Shown: one piece after another, positions 28,191 through 43,842 of the stretch
Layout of the letters: every line of letters begins with the position of its first letter
Position numbering within the stretch: the first letter of the stretch is position 1
DNA from: Octopus vulgaris
Taxonomy: Eukaryota
Direction: 5' to 3'
Assembly (NCBI GenBank): GCA_951406725.2
Contig: OX597830.1
Location: 8,804,001 to 8,868,000 of the forward strand
Length of the DNA: 64,000 nucleotides
The notes under the pieces: generated by a model
What the model saw: only the letters and a program-made list of their open reading frames with translations
Told to the model about the DNA's origin: nothing
Database searches by the model: none
Made by a program: the position numbers and the translations under genes

Positions 28191-28934
28191 TGTCATCATG
28201 TATGTATGTACGTATGTATCGACAGAAATCGCTAAAATTCCATTTATATATCAACCTCGAGAGGATAAATAAGATAAAGAGTAAAAAGCTCGCCTCGGTA
28301 TGGTTTAAATCCAAGAACTTCAACCGACGCTCTTTCTCCCTCAACCAAAATTGCTGCTTGCTGCTGTGTGCTGAGGTTTCTGTCTTGTGATCATCTTCCT
28401 CGCTTGACTATCAAACCATGTTTCTTAATCCTTAAATACATCCATAGATATCTCAGACGATATAAACTCCATCTTCCTTCCTCTTAGAACTCTCTTCTTC
28501 CGGCCACCATCATTTGAGAAGACAGATCAACATGAAAGAAGGAAGGAGTGAAGAAGAAAGACGGCCGACTGGAGAGGGTATTAGTCGCTTCAGTTAAGAC
28601 CTTAAATATCAACTCCGCAGTCAAAAGCCTAAATGTTAGTTTTAACAATCTAAAGCGGAATAACAATAAACAAAACTAATAAAAAAAATAAACAATTACA
28701 TTATTGTTGTTGTTGTCATTTGTATTTTTTTTTCTTTTCCTTTAAAGGATAAGTTCATTAATTTTACACCACACGCACCGCTTCCAAAGACATACATCGA
28801 TATATATATATATATATGAATATATATATACACTTACAAATTGACACACATACATATGTATGTATATATATATATATATGTATATATACACGTATATGCA
28901 TATATATATACATATATGTGTATATTTATGTATG

Positions 28935-28970
<36 letters not shown>

Positions 28971-30599
28971 TGAATGGATGAGCGTATGTACATTTATTTG
29001 CGTATATATATATATATATATATGCGTGTGTTGGTTGGTTGGGTGTGTATCTGTGTGTGTACGTGTCTGTGTGTGTGTGTGCGTGTTTATAAATATATGA
29101 TAAAGAAACAAGTAGGAGACGGTGTAGGTGAAGTTGTCCTTGAAGAAGATTCGATGGAGATTTTTAATGAAATGGAAATCACAGAAGCACGAAACTAAAA
29201 AAAAGAAAATGTCCATTCTAAAAACCAGAAAATCCTTTCGTATCGCCGCCGCCGCCGCCGCCGTCGATTCCACTGCTTTTGTCTTTGTTGTTGTCGTTGT
29301 CGTTGTTGTTGTTGTTGTCGTTGCTCGTCTTCCATTTTCTCGCTGAGTTGTTTCGCTCTCATTCTATAAGTCAACGGTTAATTAGGCGTTTGACGCTCCT
29401 CTTTGGCGCCAAACGTGCGGCTGTGTGTAAGGTGGTATAGGGTAACGACGTGGGCCGGGTGGGCAGTCATACCCCTCGGGTAGTGGTGGTGGTGGTGGTG
29501 GGGCCGTGGATGAAGAATTGGTTGCCGGGTGGAAGTAAGGGGTAGGATGGTATAGGCAACAAAAGGAAGCTTGGTGCCTTTTTTTGTTTTGTTTTGTTAA
29601 GGTCGGGTGAGGTGGGTTTAGATGTGGGTGGTGGTTTACGTATGGGGAGGGGTTGAGGTGTCGGGGTGGCGTTTGGGGTAACTGTTCGGGGTGGCAGTGG
29701 ATGAGTTACTTCAAACACCCGCCTAGTAGCTGTCTTATGTGAAGCAAATGTATTTGTATGTCAACATACCCCCAATGCGTAGATATTTGCATGTATATAC
29801 ACATAGATACATATATACATGTGTGCGTGTATATACATATGTGTGCGTGTGTATATACATATATGTATGTATGTGTGATGTGTGTATATGTGCGTAGATA
29901 TATATATATATTTACAAGTATATGTATATTTATATACACATATATATGCTCTAACATTGTGGTGCTACAGCATGACCGCAGCCGCATGATTCAAACGAAT
30001 ATGTGTGTGTGTGTCTGTGTGTGCGTAGACAGCATGCATATACATATATACACATAAATATATTTATACATATATACAAATTATATATATATGTGTGTAT
30101 ATATATAAATATATATGTGTGTGTGTGTGTGTGTTTGTGCATGTATTTGTGTGCGTGTGTGTGTGTGTGTGGGGGGGGGTTCGTGTATGTGTGCGTGCGT
30201 TTGTGTATGTACATGTGTTGTTGTTAAGCTTATTGTTGATGTTATTGTTGTCCACCAATATTGTTATTAACATAAACAATATCATTATTATTACAGTTAT
30301 ATCTTCATCTTGTTGTGGTTGTTGTTGTTGTGCGCAGGGTGGTGAAGGGGGGCGGCATTCCGGGTATTTCCAATGCAAAAACCTTATAACTTCATTGTTG
30401 TTGCCGTTTTGTGTGTTTGTTATTGTTGTCATTGTTATTATTGTTTCTGTTGTTGTTGCTGTTGTTGTTGTTGTCGTTGTTATTGTTGGTTTCGTATTTG
30501 TTTCTCTTGAGCTGTTGTTGTTGTTGTTGTTGCTATCGCTGCGCCTGTTGGTGTTTTTGTTCTGTTGCAATTGCTGCGGCTTTTATTTTTATTATTGCT

Positions 30600-31160
<561 letters not shown>

Positions 31161-31570
31161 CTATTGTTTTTGTTCTGTAAGTGCAATTGATGCTTCTATT
31201 GTTGTGTTTGTTATTGTGTTGTTGTTATTATCATTTGCTGTTATTTCTTTTGCTCTGTTGTTGCAATTGATGTTGTTTCTATTGTTGTCTTTGCTGGTTG
31301 TTTTGTTGTTGTTGCTGTTGCTGTTGTTGTTGTCGTTGTTTGTGTTGTTGTTTTTACTCAGCGCAGTGTGAGAGGGCGTCTTAATTTCCTAAGACAGCAT
31401 GTAGGTCTCTCGCGTCACCCCGGGTATTCGGGGTAGGTAACGACTCGTTAAACTATATCTGCAGTCCTCAAGTACACAGCTACCCGCTGAGGACCGTTTA
31501 ATTCACTAACATGTTCAGTATGTAAACGACCGAACCACCTAATTTCAAACACTCTCACATTCTCTCTCAC

Positions 31571-31604
<34 letters not shown>

Positions 31605-31734
31605 CTCTTTCTCTCACTCCCCCTCTCCCTCTCCCTCTCTCCTCTCTGTCTCACTCTCTCGCTCAGCATCCTTTCATCGTGTCTTACCGTAACATTTTAC
31701 TCATACACCCCCAGGTACATCTCGACAAGTCATT

Positions 31735-31938
31735 TATACGCTGTGGTCGTGCGGTAAGAAGCTTACTTTCCAACCACATGGTTCCGGGTTCAATCCCACT
31801 GCGTGGCACCTTGGGCAAGTGTCTTCTACTATAGCCTTGGGTTGACCAAAGCCTTGTGCATGGATTTAGTAGACTACAGCCTCGGATCGACTAAAGCCTT
31901 CTCAGTGGATTTGGTTGACGCAAACTGAAAGAAGTCTG

Positions 31939-31971
<33 letters not shown>

Positions 31972-32190
31972 AGTATGTGTGTGTGTGTGTGTTTGTTCAC
32001 CACACCGCTTGACAGCCGATGTTAGTTTGTTTACGCCCTGGTAACTTATAGGTTAGGCAGAAACGACCGATAAAATAAGAATTAGGCTTAAAAGCATAAT
32101 AGGTGCCGGGGTCGATTTGTTCGACTAAAAATTCTTAAAGGTGGAGCAACAGCATTGCCGCAATCTGGCGATTGAAACAAATAACAGACA
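31735..32190 (+). mobile_element. SINE family A with internal duplication
   Basis: Family A head present; the segment ACTA(T/C)AGCCT.GG..GAC.AAAGCCTT...GTGGATTT is repeated twice. Confidence 0.82.
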
Positions 32191-33289
32191 TAAGGTAAAA
32201 GATATCTAGTCTTCTTTATAGAAGAAAATGCATACTGGGCCCTGATATGGCGTTTGAACAGAACATGTTCTTAGTTATGCTGAAGATGAAGAGAGAAATG
32301 AAAATTCAGCCCCTGGATAAGGGGTCGGTACTATCTGAAATAAGTTTCCCAGATGTTCTGGTAGTACCTGCCGACGGTTAGATGGACTTGGACTAATGTC
32401 GTTTAAAATTAAGGGCTCTATTTTTGAACCCAGCTCAATGGTAGAGTTGTTAAAGAGTTAGATAAAATGTTGAAAAAAGTGCGTAGTTTAGTGGTTAGGG
32501 TATTCTGTTCAGGATCTTAAGGGCGTGTATTCGATCCTCAGCGGCGCATTGCGTCTGCCGGCAAGATAGTTTATTTCATATTGCTCCAGTCCAATCAGCT
32601 GACAAAAATGAGTTCCACCTGTAAGTCAAGGAACCAGCTTTGTCACATTCTGTTCTCAAGTAGATTTAGTGTTAAGGGTCCGCTTCTCTGTGGAGTGCTC
32701 AGCCACTTCCACGCAAATTTCACAACCAGATTTTTTCCGTTATTCGGATCAGCTAGAACGCTCGTCGTCGTAGCCGCCAGAGTGACAGATATAATTGCTC
32801 ACGGTATTTGTTCTGGATCACTACGTTCTGAGTTCAAATTCGGCGGAAGTCAACATTACCTCGTATTATTTCGGAGTCGATAAATAACGTGCCAATAGAG
32901 GACGGTGAAATTGCGTTAAGCGCTAGAGTACAAGGCTAAGCAATATAAAGTCCTATGGTACCAGTTCCAGCTCTTTGCGTCCTGATATCAACCCCGCGAA
33001 AAAACTGGTGCTATAGTTTATTAGATTTACTGTTTCCTTGGACCATATTAATGGTCTGGAAAGCGGAAGGGGGTGCTGAATGTCCGGTGGTGGTTGCGCT
33101 GCTGCTTGTGGTGATGGGATGATGATAGTGATGGTGGTAGTGGTGGTGGTGGTGTCTTCCTCAAATATTCTTGCCCAGGCCTTCATATGAAAGTAGAGAC
33201 GCATGGCTGACCTTGATTGAGGGACATAAACCCAGGTCTCTTACGAGCTCCAGGACTCCAAAGCTTAACTCGGTTTCCATGCTGAGATT

Positions 33290-33490
33290 ACAACACTTCC
33301 CCACCCCTGGATGGGATGTCAGTCCATCAAAGGGTTACCTTACCATCTATTGCTGAAACTCACAACTGAGTGATTCTGGAGCAACGTGAAATGAAGTGCT
33401 CACGAACACATCGCACCACCCAATCTGGGAATCGAAACCATTATCTTACGATCGTGAGTGCAACACCCTAACCACTCGGCCACGCACCCT
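33290..33490 (-). mobile_element. SINE family C variant with V-domain-like motif
   Basis: The minus strand has a tRNA-like head and GATGGACTGACATCCCATCCAGGGG. Confidence 0.6.
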
Positions 33491-33760
33491 CACTGATTGA
33501 CGGAGATCCAACAAATTTCGAACTCATCGAAGATTCAACATGGCTAAATGATTGAGAAGTTTGTTTTGCAATCACGAGATCCCAATTTCGATCCATATGT
33601 GTGGCATCTTAGAGGTCAAACTGAATCTTGTGAAAGAAATTCGGTAAAGACGGAAACTGTGTAGAATCCCGTCCATACATTGGACTTTTAAATGAAAACA
33701 TATTCAAATTCAAAACGTTTCCCATAAATTTAAAACATGTATGTATCTCTCTCTCCACAT

Positions 33761-33835
<75 letters not shown>

Positions 33836-33836
<1 letters not shown>

Positions 33837-33935
33837 TAGCAGTAATACCCGGCGTTGCTCGGGATTAAAATGGCATAGTTTGTATATATAGTACAGTTTA
33901 GTTGAAACATGTGATACGGGGAAGTGCAGCATTGA
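33836..33935 (-). mobile_element. Helitron-type 3' terminus
   Basis: Minus strand: hairpin CCCG-AGCAACGC-CGGG, 8 nt, then CTAG followed by T. Similar ends near 35535 and 59561. Confidence 0.65.
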
Positions 33936-33949
33936 CGACAAAAAATTTG

Positions 33950-34171
33950 TGTTTCAGTCATTTGACTGCGACCATGCTGGAGCACTACCTTTAGTCGGAC
34001 AAATTGACCCTTGGACTTATTCTTTGTAAGTATAGTACCTATTCTATCGGACTTTTGTGCCGAACCGCTAAGTTCCGGGGACGTAAACACACCGGCATTG
34101 GTTGTCAAGCGATGTTGAGAGGACAAACACAGACACACATACAGACACACATACAGACACAGACACACACG

Positions 34172-34210
<39 letters not shown>

Positions 34211-34365
34211 GATGGCCTTCTTTCAGTTTCCATCTACCAAATCCAGTCAGAAGGTTTTGGTCGGCCCGAGGTTATAGTAGAAGACACTTGACCAAGGTGC
34301 CACGCAGTGGGACTGAACCCAGAACCATGTGGTCGGGAAGCAAGCTACTTACCACACAGCCACGT
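33950..34365 (-). mobile_element. SINE family A
   Basis: Full reverse-complement consensus visible. Confidence 0.88.
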
Positions 34366-34370
34366 ATATA

Positions 34371-34409
<39 letters not shown>

Positions 34410-34451
34410 GCACGTGAGCGTGTACATGTATATGTGTGTGCATATATATAC

Positions 34452-34482
<31 letters not shown>

Positions 34483-34552
34483 TATATATATATATATCTA
34501 AACACATAAGTGTATATGAAAGCGAATGAATGAAAGAATATATGACTGTGTA

Positions 34553-34592
<40 letters not shown>

Positions 34593-34714
34593 AGTGTCTG
34601 TATACCAGGAACTCGCGCACAACCGAAATCTTAACATATTCCAGCACACCAACACAAACCCACACACACTAATAGACAAACCAACACAAGTAGTTACAAC
34701 CAGTCTTACCCGCC

Positions 34715-34793
<79 letters not shown>

Positions 34794-35081
34794 ACCTACA
34801 TCTATCTATACACCCACTCATCTATACAGCGCTGGCCTAACTGATGATATTTCAAGCTAATGTTTATTATCTGTGTAGTAAGCTTGAAATTGTTTGACCT
34901 CTGATGACATGAATTTAGTGTACAAACTATTTCCGGTGTCACTACCGTAAAACGGTGGAGTGTCGGTGGAAGTGCTTGGCGGAGGTGGCGGGCGGGTATT
35001 TGCTACCTACGGCCTTCGCTTGGTGTAGCGTTCAATTGTCTATTATGTGTGTATATACACACGTACATACATTCATTTATA

Positions 35082-35117
<36 letters not shown>

Positions 35118-37430
35118 TGTATACACAGACACACACATTATATAGATGCAGTTATATACCACACAAATCTGCTGTTAAGTAATATCTCTTTCATTTAACC
35201 TTCCTCTGTTCCAACCCAACATCCAGTGTTTCATTATCAACATCATCACTACTACCAGAACCACCACCACCGCCAGCACCACCACCACCATCATCACCAG
35301 CAGCAGCAGCAGGGATAGTGGCACCATGATCGTCTACATACATACATACAAGCTTGTGTGTGTGTGTATCTTTTATCTTTTATTTTTTCTTTGTTTTAAT
35401 AGTAACACCGTGGCTGTGCTCGGGCACCGGCTTAAAGAATTTTAGTCCAACTTATCGACCCCAGTACCTTAGTCTGGTACTAACTATATGGGACTATTTT
35501 TGGTGAATCGCTATATATATATATACTCTACATACTAGACTACTCGTCACCCTTTGGGTACTGGGAAACAGTTTTGTTTCGTGGTCTTTTCTTTTCTTTT
35601 CTATGTTATTTCGCATGCTTTCAACGAATGTGACATCGAAATCCCGCGTAAACGGCTCCTTTCCCCAGAAAAGGAAAGATTTGGCTACTATTTCTTGCAC
35701 TCCCAGCTACCACGTAACAAGTATTTCGGGTCCTTTATCGCAAATAGCTGTTACCTGGTAGCAGGGTGTGCTAGAAATAGCAGCCAAATCTTTGGAGGTG
35801 AGGTGAGTACACTCGAAAAAAAAAAGAAGCATGGCAAAAACTATTTCACACCAACGTTACGAACGGGTCTTTTACGAAATATTTACCGTATTTTTAAAGT
35901 CATTTTCACGTTAAAATATTTTTTAAATATGCCAAAAAAATTTTGTAATAATTAAAAAAAACATTAAAATATTATCTGTTTAAAGAAAGTTAAAGTATAA
36001 ATACTTACTGTACAAACAACTTACATTTTTTTAAATCATATTCACTTGGAAATATTTCTAAATGATTAAAATATTATGTTTAACAAAAGCAAAATAGAAA
36101 CATTTACTGAAAAAACAAATCGTATCTTTTCGTTGTCAACTCACAGTGTCTAATCGAAAAATAAGAGTTCCTTCTCTTTTAGCATTAAGATTATTTTCGG
36201 AATATTTTCCCATTATGCAACCGTTTTGGGTATTTATACCCCCGAAAACTTCTAATATCTCAAGAACCACTTGTCCTATTTACGCAAAACTTGTTTTATT
36301 CTGTTCGTATTAACATTTCAGGGTAGACTTAATTCACAGTATTTTTCCATTATGCACCAATTTGGCTGAGTAATATTGCTGCCAAGCTGGCAAGCAAGCA
36401 AACAATTTCCAAAAATCCTTGGCAAGCCAGAGTTTCCCCAAGAACATTGTCACTTTTCCCGTTACTAATTCTCTATAGAACGCCAACATAGAACTTCCAG
36501 CGATCGCACTGCCTGATATGTAGACGACATTGAGAGCTCAGTGACATTTCAGATGTTATCTCGTCATTTTCTAATTCTCTACCTGGAGATCTTAACCAAA
36601 CCAAACACCGAGCTACGTAACTGATCCGTCCGCCAAGAGTTTCGTAACGCTGTTGGACGGCCTCTGCAAGCCCCTGGCTGCACATCCATTAAGTTTTCTT
36701 GGTTGAATTTGCTTCTTGTAGTCCCTTAGAACGATGCTGATGATTTTGATGTTCTTGATATCCGACACTTCCCAAGCACTTGTCAAGTACCCGAACGTTG
36801 CAGATTCGTGAAGTTAAGTTGAACACTTGCTGTCGCGTGTAGGACGGATCCGGTTATTAGCTGAGTCCTTTGTGAAGATCGTCTCACCGTTTTACCGAGA
36901 AAAACGGGCAGCATTTATCTCTTCGGATCTTTGGCAAAAGTGATTTAGCGAAATTGAAATGGCGGTAAACGAACATCTTTGGCCAAGCCCTCATCAACGT
37001 ATTCAAGTTTCACCCGAAAAGGAAGATATGGGTGGAGCCGGAAATGCTGTTTCTCAACAACTTTGTAGAAAGGTGGATGAGAATAGCAAGGACGGATCGA
37101 ATGAACGGTTTTGCTCTGAGTATGCACCTGTGGATCGGAAGAAGACAACTTGGGGAGAATACTTGCCCTAATGGTCAAGATGACCGTGATTTTGAGGGAG
37201 TTCCTTCGAGGTAAGTTTGGAGACTTTCTCTTTGCCTGAAGTTTTTGCTATTTTACAGACAAGAAAGTAAATTTCGAATGCAGTAGAGCTGCGAAAACAG
37301 CAGAAAGATTGGGTAGGCAACAATAGGGGTGGGATTGTTAGGTGGCGTCTCCGGAAGTCGACGGCTAAACGGCTTCTGACAACAATTGCCGTCAATTTTA
37401 ACGCTAAATAATAATAGCCTTTGGAATGCG

Positions 37431-38065
37431 ACAACATTTTATAAAGCAAACTATGGGAGCGTCGAATGTATTTTGGTATTTTACAGACAAAAACGCAAAT
37501 TTCGAATGCTGTATAAAGCTGTGAAATGCGCAGAAAATCTAAGTATTTTGCATTTATAAGACGGAAAGAAGTTACCAGTGTGAAGGCGTGTGGCATAGTG
37601 GTAAGGGTATTCGGTTCATGATGGTAATGTCGTAAGTTCAATTCTCGGTGACGGTGTGTCTCCTTGATCAAGACACTTTATTTCACGTTGCTCCAGTCCA
37701 CTCAGCTGGCAAAAATGAGTAGTACGCGAATTTCAAAGGATCAGCCTCGTTACATTCGTTTTCATGCTGAATCTCCCCGAGAACTACATTAAGGGTACGC
37801 GTGTCTGTGGAATGCTCAACCACTTGCAAGTTAATTTCACGAGCAGGCTGTTCCGTTGATCGGATCAACTGAAAGTCAGCTAATATGTGAGGTGTACAAG
37901 TTCGACTCTTGTAGCCGTCTGGCAACTTTTTTCCCTCCATCTTATAAGGGTAAAATCCCCAATCTTTCTCGGCTGTTTTCACAGCTACACTCCGTTCGAA
38001 GTTTACTTTCTTGCTGAAAAAATAGCCAAATACATTCGACGCTTTCATAGTTTATAAAATGTCTT
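37431..38065. repeat. Degenerate foldback (~150-bp arms 37431-37578 / ~37915-38065) with a SINE C (~37580-37875) inserted in the loop
   Basis: ACATTTTATAAA..ACTATG..AGCGTCGAATGTATTT versus AAATACATTCGACGCT..CATAGTTTTATAAAATGT; an extra partial direct copy lies at ~37240-37310. Confidence 0.75.
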
Positions 38066-38457
38066 CGTTTTTGTAATCTCTCTTCTTCACAAGTCTAAGT
38101 CTTCTGTAATGCTTCCTTGTATCGTCCTCTAATGTCCTCAATCTTTTTGAAAACCATTCTGTTTAATAAAGAGAGCATTGTGGGGATCTACGTAATCGAC
38201 TTAACCCAGCACCCGAACTTGTTGGTCAAAATTTGAAACCGTTATCATCATCAGCCCCGGACGACATGCTGCTAACCATTTCGTTCGTCTTCCAGTTCTT
38301 AGTTCAAATTCCGCCGAGGTCAACCTAGTCTTTCATCCTTTCGGGGTTGGTAAAATAAGTACCAGTGAAACACTGGGGTCGATATAATCCACTAGTCCCC
38401 TCCCCCAAATTTCAGGCCTTGTGCCTATAGTAGAAAGAATTATTGTTATTATTATTA

Positions 38458-39288
38458 GTTTGAATTTTGCTTCGTATTTGTACAAGTTGGCTCCAAGTCT
38501 CACCCAGAGACCTCACGAGACAACAAGATAGAAGTTCATGCTGGTATTATGCCTAGGGTGCCATATATTTGGTTTTGTACATAGTTTTGTTCTAGAGAAT
38601 GTTTAAGAAACCATAAGAAAATTATGAGTTTGTTTTAAAATTTGAGATTATATAGACAGTATTTTACGTAAGATATGGGCAGTTCCCATGAGCACTATCT
38701 TTTGAATTTCTGCCATTTGGGGGTTCCCTGGTATCTGAGCTAGGCAGCAACCAGCCTCTTTTGCTATCATTCTTAGGGCACCAATGTTTTAATATTCAGG
38801 TTCCACATTTTGCCAATTTCTCTTTCAAGATCTTTATACTTGCTCAGTTTTTGGTAGGTCTTGACAGATACATTTATATCGATTGGGACAGTCATTTCAA
38901 TGAGGAGATATGATTTTTGTTTGTAGTTTTTCAATATGATGTCAGGCCTATTCGCATCTATCTTTCTATCAGTTTGAACAGTGAAGTTCCAGAGAAGTGA
39001 GATGCGATCATTTTCAAGCACTGGAGGTGGTTTGTGTTCCCACCAGTTTTTATCTAGGGGCAGGTCCAGGCTTTGTAAATTACCCAGTGAATATATTGTG
39101 CTGCTCTAGCATACCTGTTGAGATACTCTGTAGGCGCAAGAAGACTGCACATGGAGACAAAATGACCAATGGTTGACATACCCGACGTGTTGGGCAGCTG
39201 CCGTTCTTTAATATGTTGGCTTGTTAGTTTCTTGTAGGTAGGCATTGATCTTGGGCTGCGATGATAAACCTTTCTGTTTCTGATATCT
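38458..39288 (-). pseudogene. R4/Dong-clade non-LTR retrotransposon 3' part (zinc-knuckle remnant, restriction-like endonuclease, 3' UTR, (TAA)n tail)
   Basis: ORF 38773-39021 LLWNFTVQTDRKIDANRPDIIL...LIEMTVP...KLSKYKDLEREIGKMW; upstream TIGHFVSMCSLLAPTEYLNRY...IHW. Confidence 0.9.
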
Positions 39289-39352
<64 letters not shown>

Positions 39353-39353
39353 A

Positions 39354-39407
<54 letters not shown>

Positions 39408-39725
39408 TATCATCACTGTAGAAGTATTTATCTCATATAGTTTCTGTTTATTCTTCAATGTCACAGCGCATTCTGACCTATCAAACTGTTTCACTCTATG
39501 CTGGCTTGACGAAACTTCTTTCCGCGTCATAATAGACCGTAACCATTTAGACAATAAACCTAGAATAAAACAGCTTTAGGGTGTTTTTAAGTGATTAACA
39601 ATGACTGTTTTACGATGTAATTGATCCAGGTTTAAACACGGGCCTTAGATCATGTGACTTGCCAAGCTTGTATACACATACACGCGCGGGCGCGCAGAAA
39701 TATGCAAGTATGTGTATGCATGTAT

Positions 39726-39760
<35 letters not shown>

Positions 39761-39801
39761 TATATATATATATATATATATATACAGATGTATATACATA
39801 G

Positions 39802-39858
<57 letters not shown>

Positions 39859-39947
39859 GTGCATGTTTAATCTCTTTCTCTCTCTCTCTCTTTCTCTCTC
39901 ACTCTTTCTTTTTTCTCTCTCTCTCTCTCTTTCTCTCTCACTCTTTC

Positions 39948-39983
<36 letters not shown>

Positions 39984-40114
39984 CACACACACACACACAT
40001 ATACTATGTAGTAAAGTCTATTTGCTACCACAATGAGGCAGTCCTACGCAGGACCATGTTACTACTTTTTAGCCCAAGGAAAACATCTTTACCAGCACCT
40101 GACCTATGTCAGAT

Positions 40115-40125
40115 ATGTATGTATG

Positions 40126-40196
<71 letters not shown>

Positions 40197-40461
40197 ATAT
40201 ATATATATATATATATTATATGTATACATATATGTATATATGTATATATATATGTATATATATATATGTATATATATGTGTGTATATGTATATATATATA
40301 TATATGTGTATATATATATATGTATATATATATATATGTATACATATATGTATATATGTATGTATATATGTATATATATATATATATGTATATATATGTG
40401 TGTATATGTATATATATATATGTATGTATGTATGTATTATGTATATATATGTGTGTGTATG

Positions 40462-40525
<64 letters not shown>

Positions 40526-40739
40526 TGTATGTGTATGTGTGCATGTGTACCTATATATATACATATATATGTATACGTATATATAAATAGTTTTTTGCGC
40601 AAGTACCAAATCGGAGGTCGTATACATATATGCGTGTGTATGTACGTGAATGTAAGTGCATATGTGTATTTGTTTGTGTATCTGTCTGTGTTTGTGTGTG
40701 TGTGAGGTTTAGTATGAGAAAGAAAATACAAACATTAAC

Positions 40740-40802
<63 letters not shown>

Positions 40803-42026
40803 CAGCAGCAGCAGCAATCGGAAGACAGTGTCGGTTTGGAGAAAGGAGAGAATTGAATCAAAGAAAGTTACACGATGAAAGAGAAATAGACAACAACAAC
40901 AACAACAACAACAATACCATCGAAACAACAACAGCAACAACAATGTCAACAACAGCAAAAAAAATGGCGGAAAGGGTGTTGGCGGCGCGGTGGTGCGGTG
41001 GCGCGGTGGCGAAAACATATTAAGATCAATTACAGCAAATAATGTGAGAAAGATCGAGCAAACAGCAACAAGAGCTACAACAACAATAATTAGTATAACA
41101 ACAACGTTAGCTACAACAACAACAACATTGATCGTAACAACTATGAAAGTGCTCTTCTTTATAAATTACTCTTTTTATATTTATTGTTACTGTTGTTGTT
41201 GTTGTTGTTTGCGGATAAGATTTCATTGTGTTTTAACATGTGTGTTAAACGCTAATATATGGTCTGGTGTTGTTTTTCTTCTTGGGGTCACATCGTCACA
41301 CACACATAAACACGCATATACATACATACATACATACATAAACATACATACATACATATATACATACATAAACATACATACGTACATACATAAACATACA
41401 TACATACATACATACATACATAATACATAATTACATGCATACATACATACATACACACATACATACATACAAACATACAAACATACATACATACATGCAC
41501 GCATACACACATTCGTGCATAGAGACACACACCTACATACATACATACATACATACACACCTACATATATACACACATATATACACACATATATACATAC
41601 ATACATACATATGTACATACAATGCATACATACATATATACATGTATGCATACACACACACATACGTTCATACATACTCACCGACATACATACTCACATA
41701 CATACACACATATTTGCATACACAGACATATACACATACACACCTACAAACAAGCACACATGCATATACACATTCATGCATACGTACATACATACAATAA
41801 TACATACATGCATACACACATATATATATATATATATATACACACCAACATATATACTCACATTCATACATATATACATACAAACACACACATAAAAACA
41901 CACATACATACACATACATACATACACACACATTCACACATACATGCATACATTCATGCATACATACATAAGTAAATTCACACACATATTCATACGTGCA
42001 TACGTACATGCATACACAAACACTTG

Positions 42027-42057
<31 letters not shown>

Positions 42058-42140
42058 CATACATACATACATACATACATACATACATACATACATACAT
42101 ACATACATACTAATTCATACAAACACACACACACACACAC
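40115..42140. repeat. Extended (TA)n, (TACA)n and (AGT)n low-complexity region
   Basis: Directly visible. Confidence 0.9.
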
Positions 42141-42265
42141 AATCATAATTCATACATACTTCTACATGTATGCGTGAGTTTATGTATATATGATACATAC
42201 GCATAATATCTATGTATGCATGCATATACAAGTGTGTCTGTATGTTTGTATTATGTATGTCTGCG

Positions 42266-42378
<113 letters not shown>

Positions 42379-42379
42379 T

Positions 42380-42443
<64 letters not shown>

Positions 42444-42570
42444 TAGATATAGATATATACAAACGCATGTATATGTTATTCAAAATATTAAGCATGTACC
42501 CAATCTGTTTCTCTATCTCACTCTCTTTCTCTCATATATACATGTATATATACAAATATATACACATATA

Positions 42571-42650
<80 letters not shown>

Positions 42651-43399
42651 TACAAGTATATACACATATATATATGTATATATATATATGTATAGAAATA
42701 TATGCATATATGTATATACATTCATATACACGCGCCCCCCCCACACACACACACACATTTTCATGAGATCGATTTTATGTTTGAATATTTGTGTTTATGA
42801 TATTATTTTTCTGTGGACATGCGTGAGAGGTTTTACGATGGCCAATAAGATGCACCTATGCAAATTAACAACAACATCAACAAGAACGACAACATGATGA
42901 AGATGAATATCTTGTATCAAAGAGTTAAGTGCACTGTTGTATTTGCGAAATAAACACATTATTCATCAGATTTGCATACTGCATTATCAAGCAAACACAC
43001 ACACTACATTATTGCGCACAAAAACATATTACGTTATAACGCAGAAACTAGCAGAAACGTTAGCACACCGGAGAAAATGTTTAGCGGTATTTAGTCCGTC
43101 TTTACGTTCTGAGATCAAATGCCACTGGGGTGGACTTTTCCTTTCATCCTTTCTGAGGTCGATAAAATAAGTACCAATTCAGCATTGGGGTCGATGAAAT
43201 TGACTTAGCTCCTCGCACAAACCTGCTGGCCTTGTGCTAAAATTTGAAACGATTATTAGACACACATACGAAACTATCCTATGCACACGCGCCAGGCTCC
43301 AGATTATCACACACCCAGCATTTAGACACACTTCATCTCAGACACAGTTCGCTATCACATACTGACACTCCGTCGGTTCCAGTTGATCCGATGCGCCAT

Positions 43400-43690
43400 C
43401 CAACCAAAATGCAAATATATGGGAAACTACCACCTGTGTCATCTCTTGTGAAAGGTAGGAGAGTCCAGTTTGCAGGACATTGTTGTAGAGCTGAAAAAGA
43501 GGTAATTTCTACTCTTCTCTGGAAGCCATCTACTCGCAATACCAGAGGGCGCACACTCTTCTACCCTGATGTAATCTCCAGGGATACAGGCATCCAGCAA
43601 CAGGACCTCCATAATGCCATGATGGACCGTGACGTCTGGCGTAGCATGGTAAATTCCATTGTCTCGACCACGGTCGAACAATGATGATCC
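43400..43690 (+). pseudogene. RTE-clade LINE 3' end
   Basis: IYGKLPPVSSLVKGRRVQFAGHCCR...TLLWKP...RGRTLFYPDVISRDTG...AMMDRDVWR, then a stop and a (TGA)n tail. Confidence 0.82.
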
Positions 43691-43842
43691 GATTAACGGA
43701 ACGGCCCGCTCGTGAAATGAACGTCTGTCTGTATGTATGTATGTATGCTTATATGAATGCGTCGTGTGTGTATGTGTGTGCGCTCGTGCCCGTGTGTATG
43801 TGTATTGTCTCCATATATAAATACTTGTAACATATATGAAAT

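Noticed and set aside
34850-34950. Two CTGATGA motifs with a 10-bp stem ATTTCAAGCT/AGCTTGAAAT as tandem hammerheads
   Set aside because: Stems I and III could not be formed and the second GAAA is absent; too degenerate to call.
36860-37200. Possible LINE fragment (W..IA..R..W-like peptide)
   Set aside because: The similarity is too weak and fragmentary to assign by eye.
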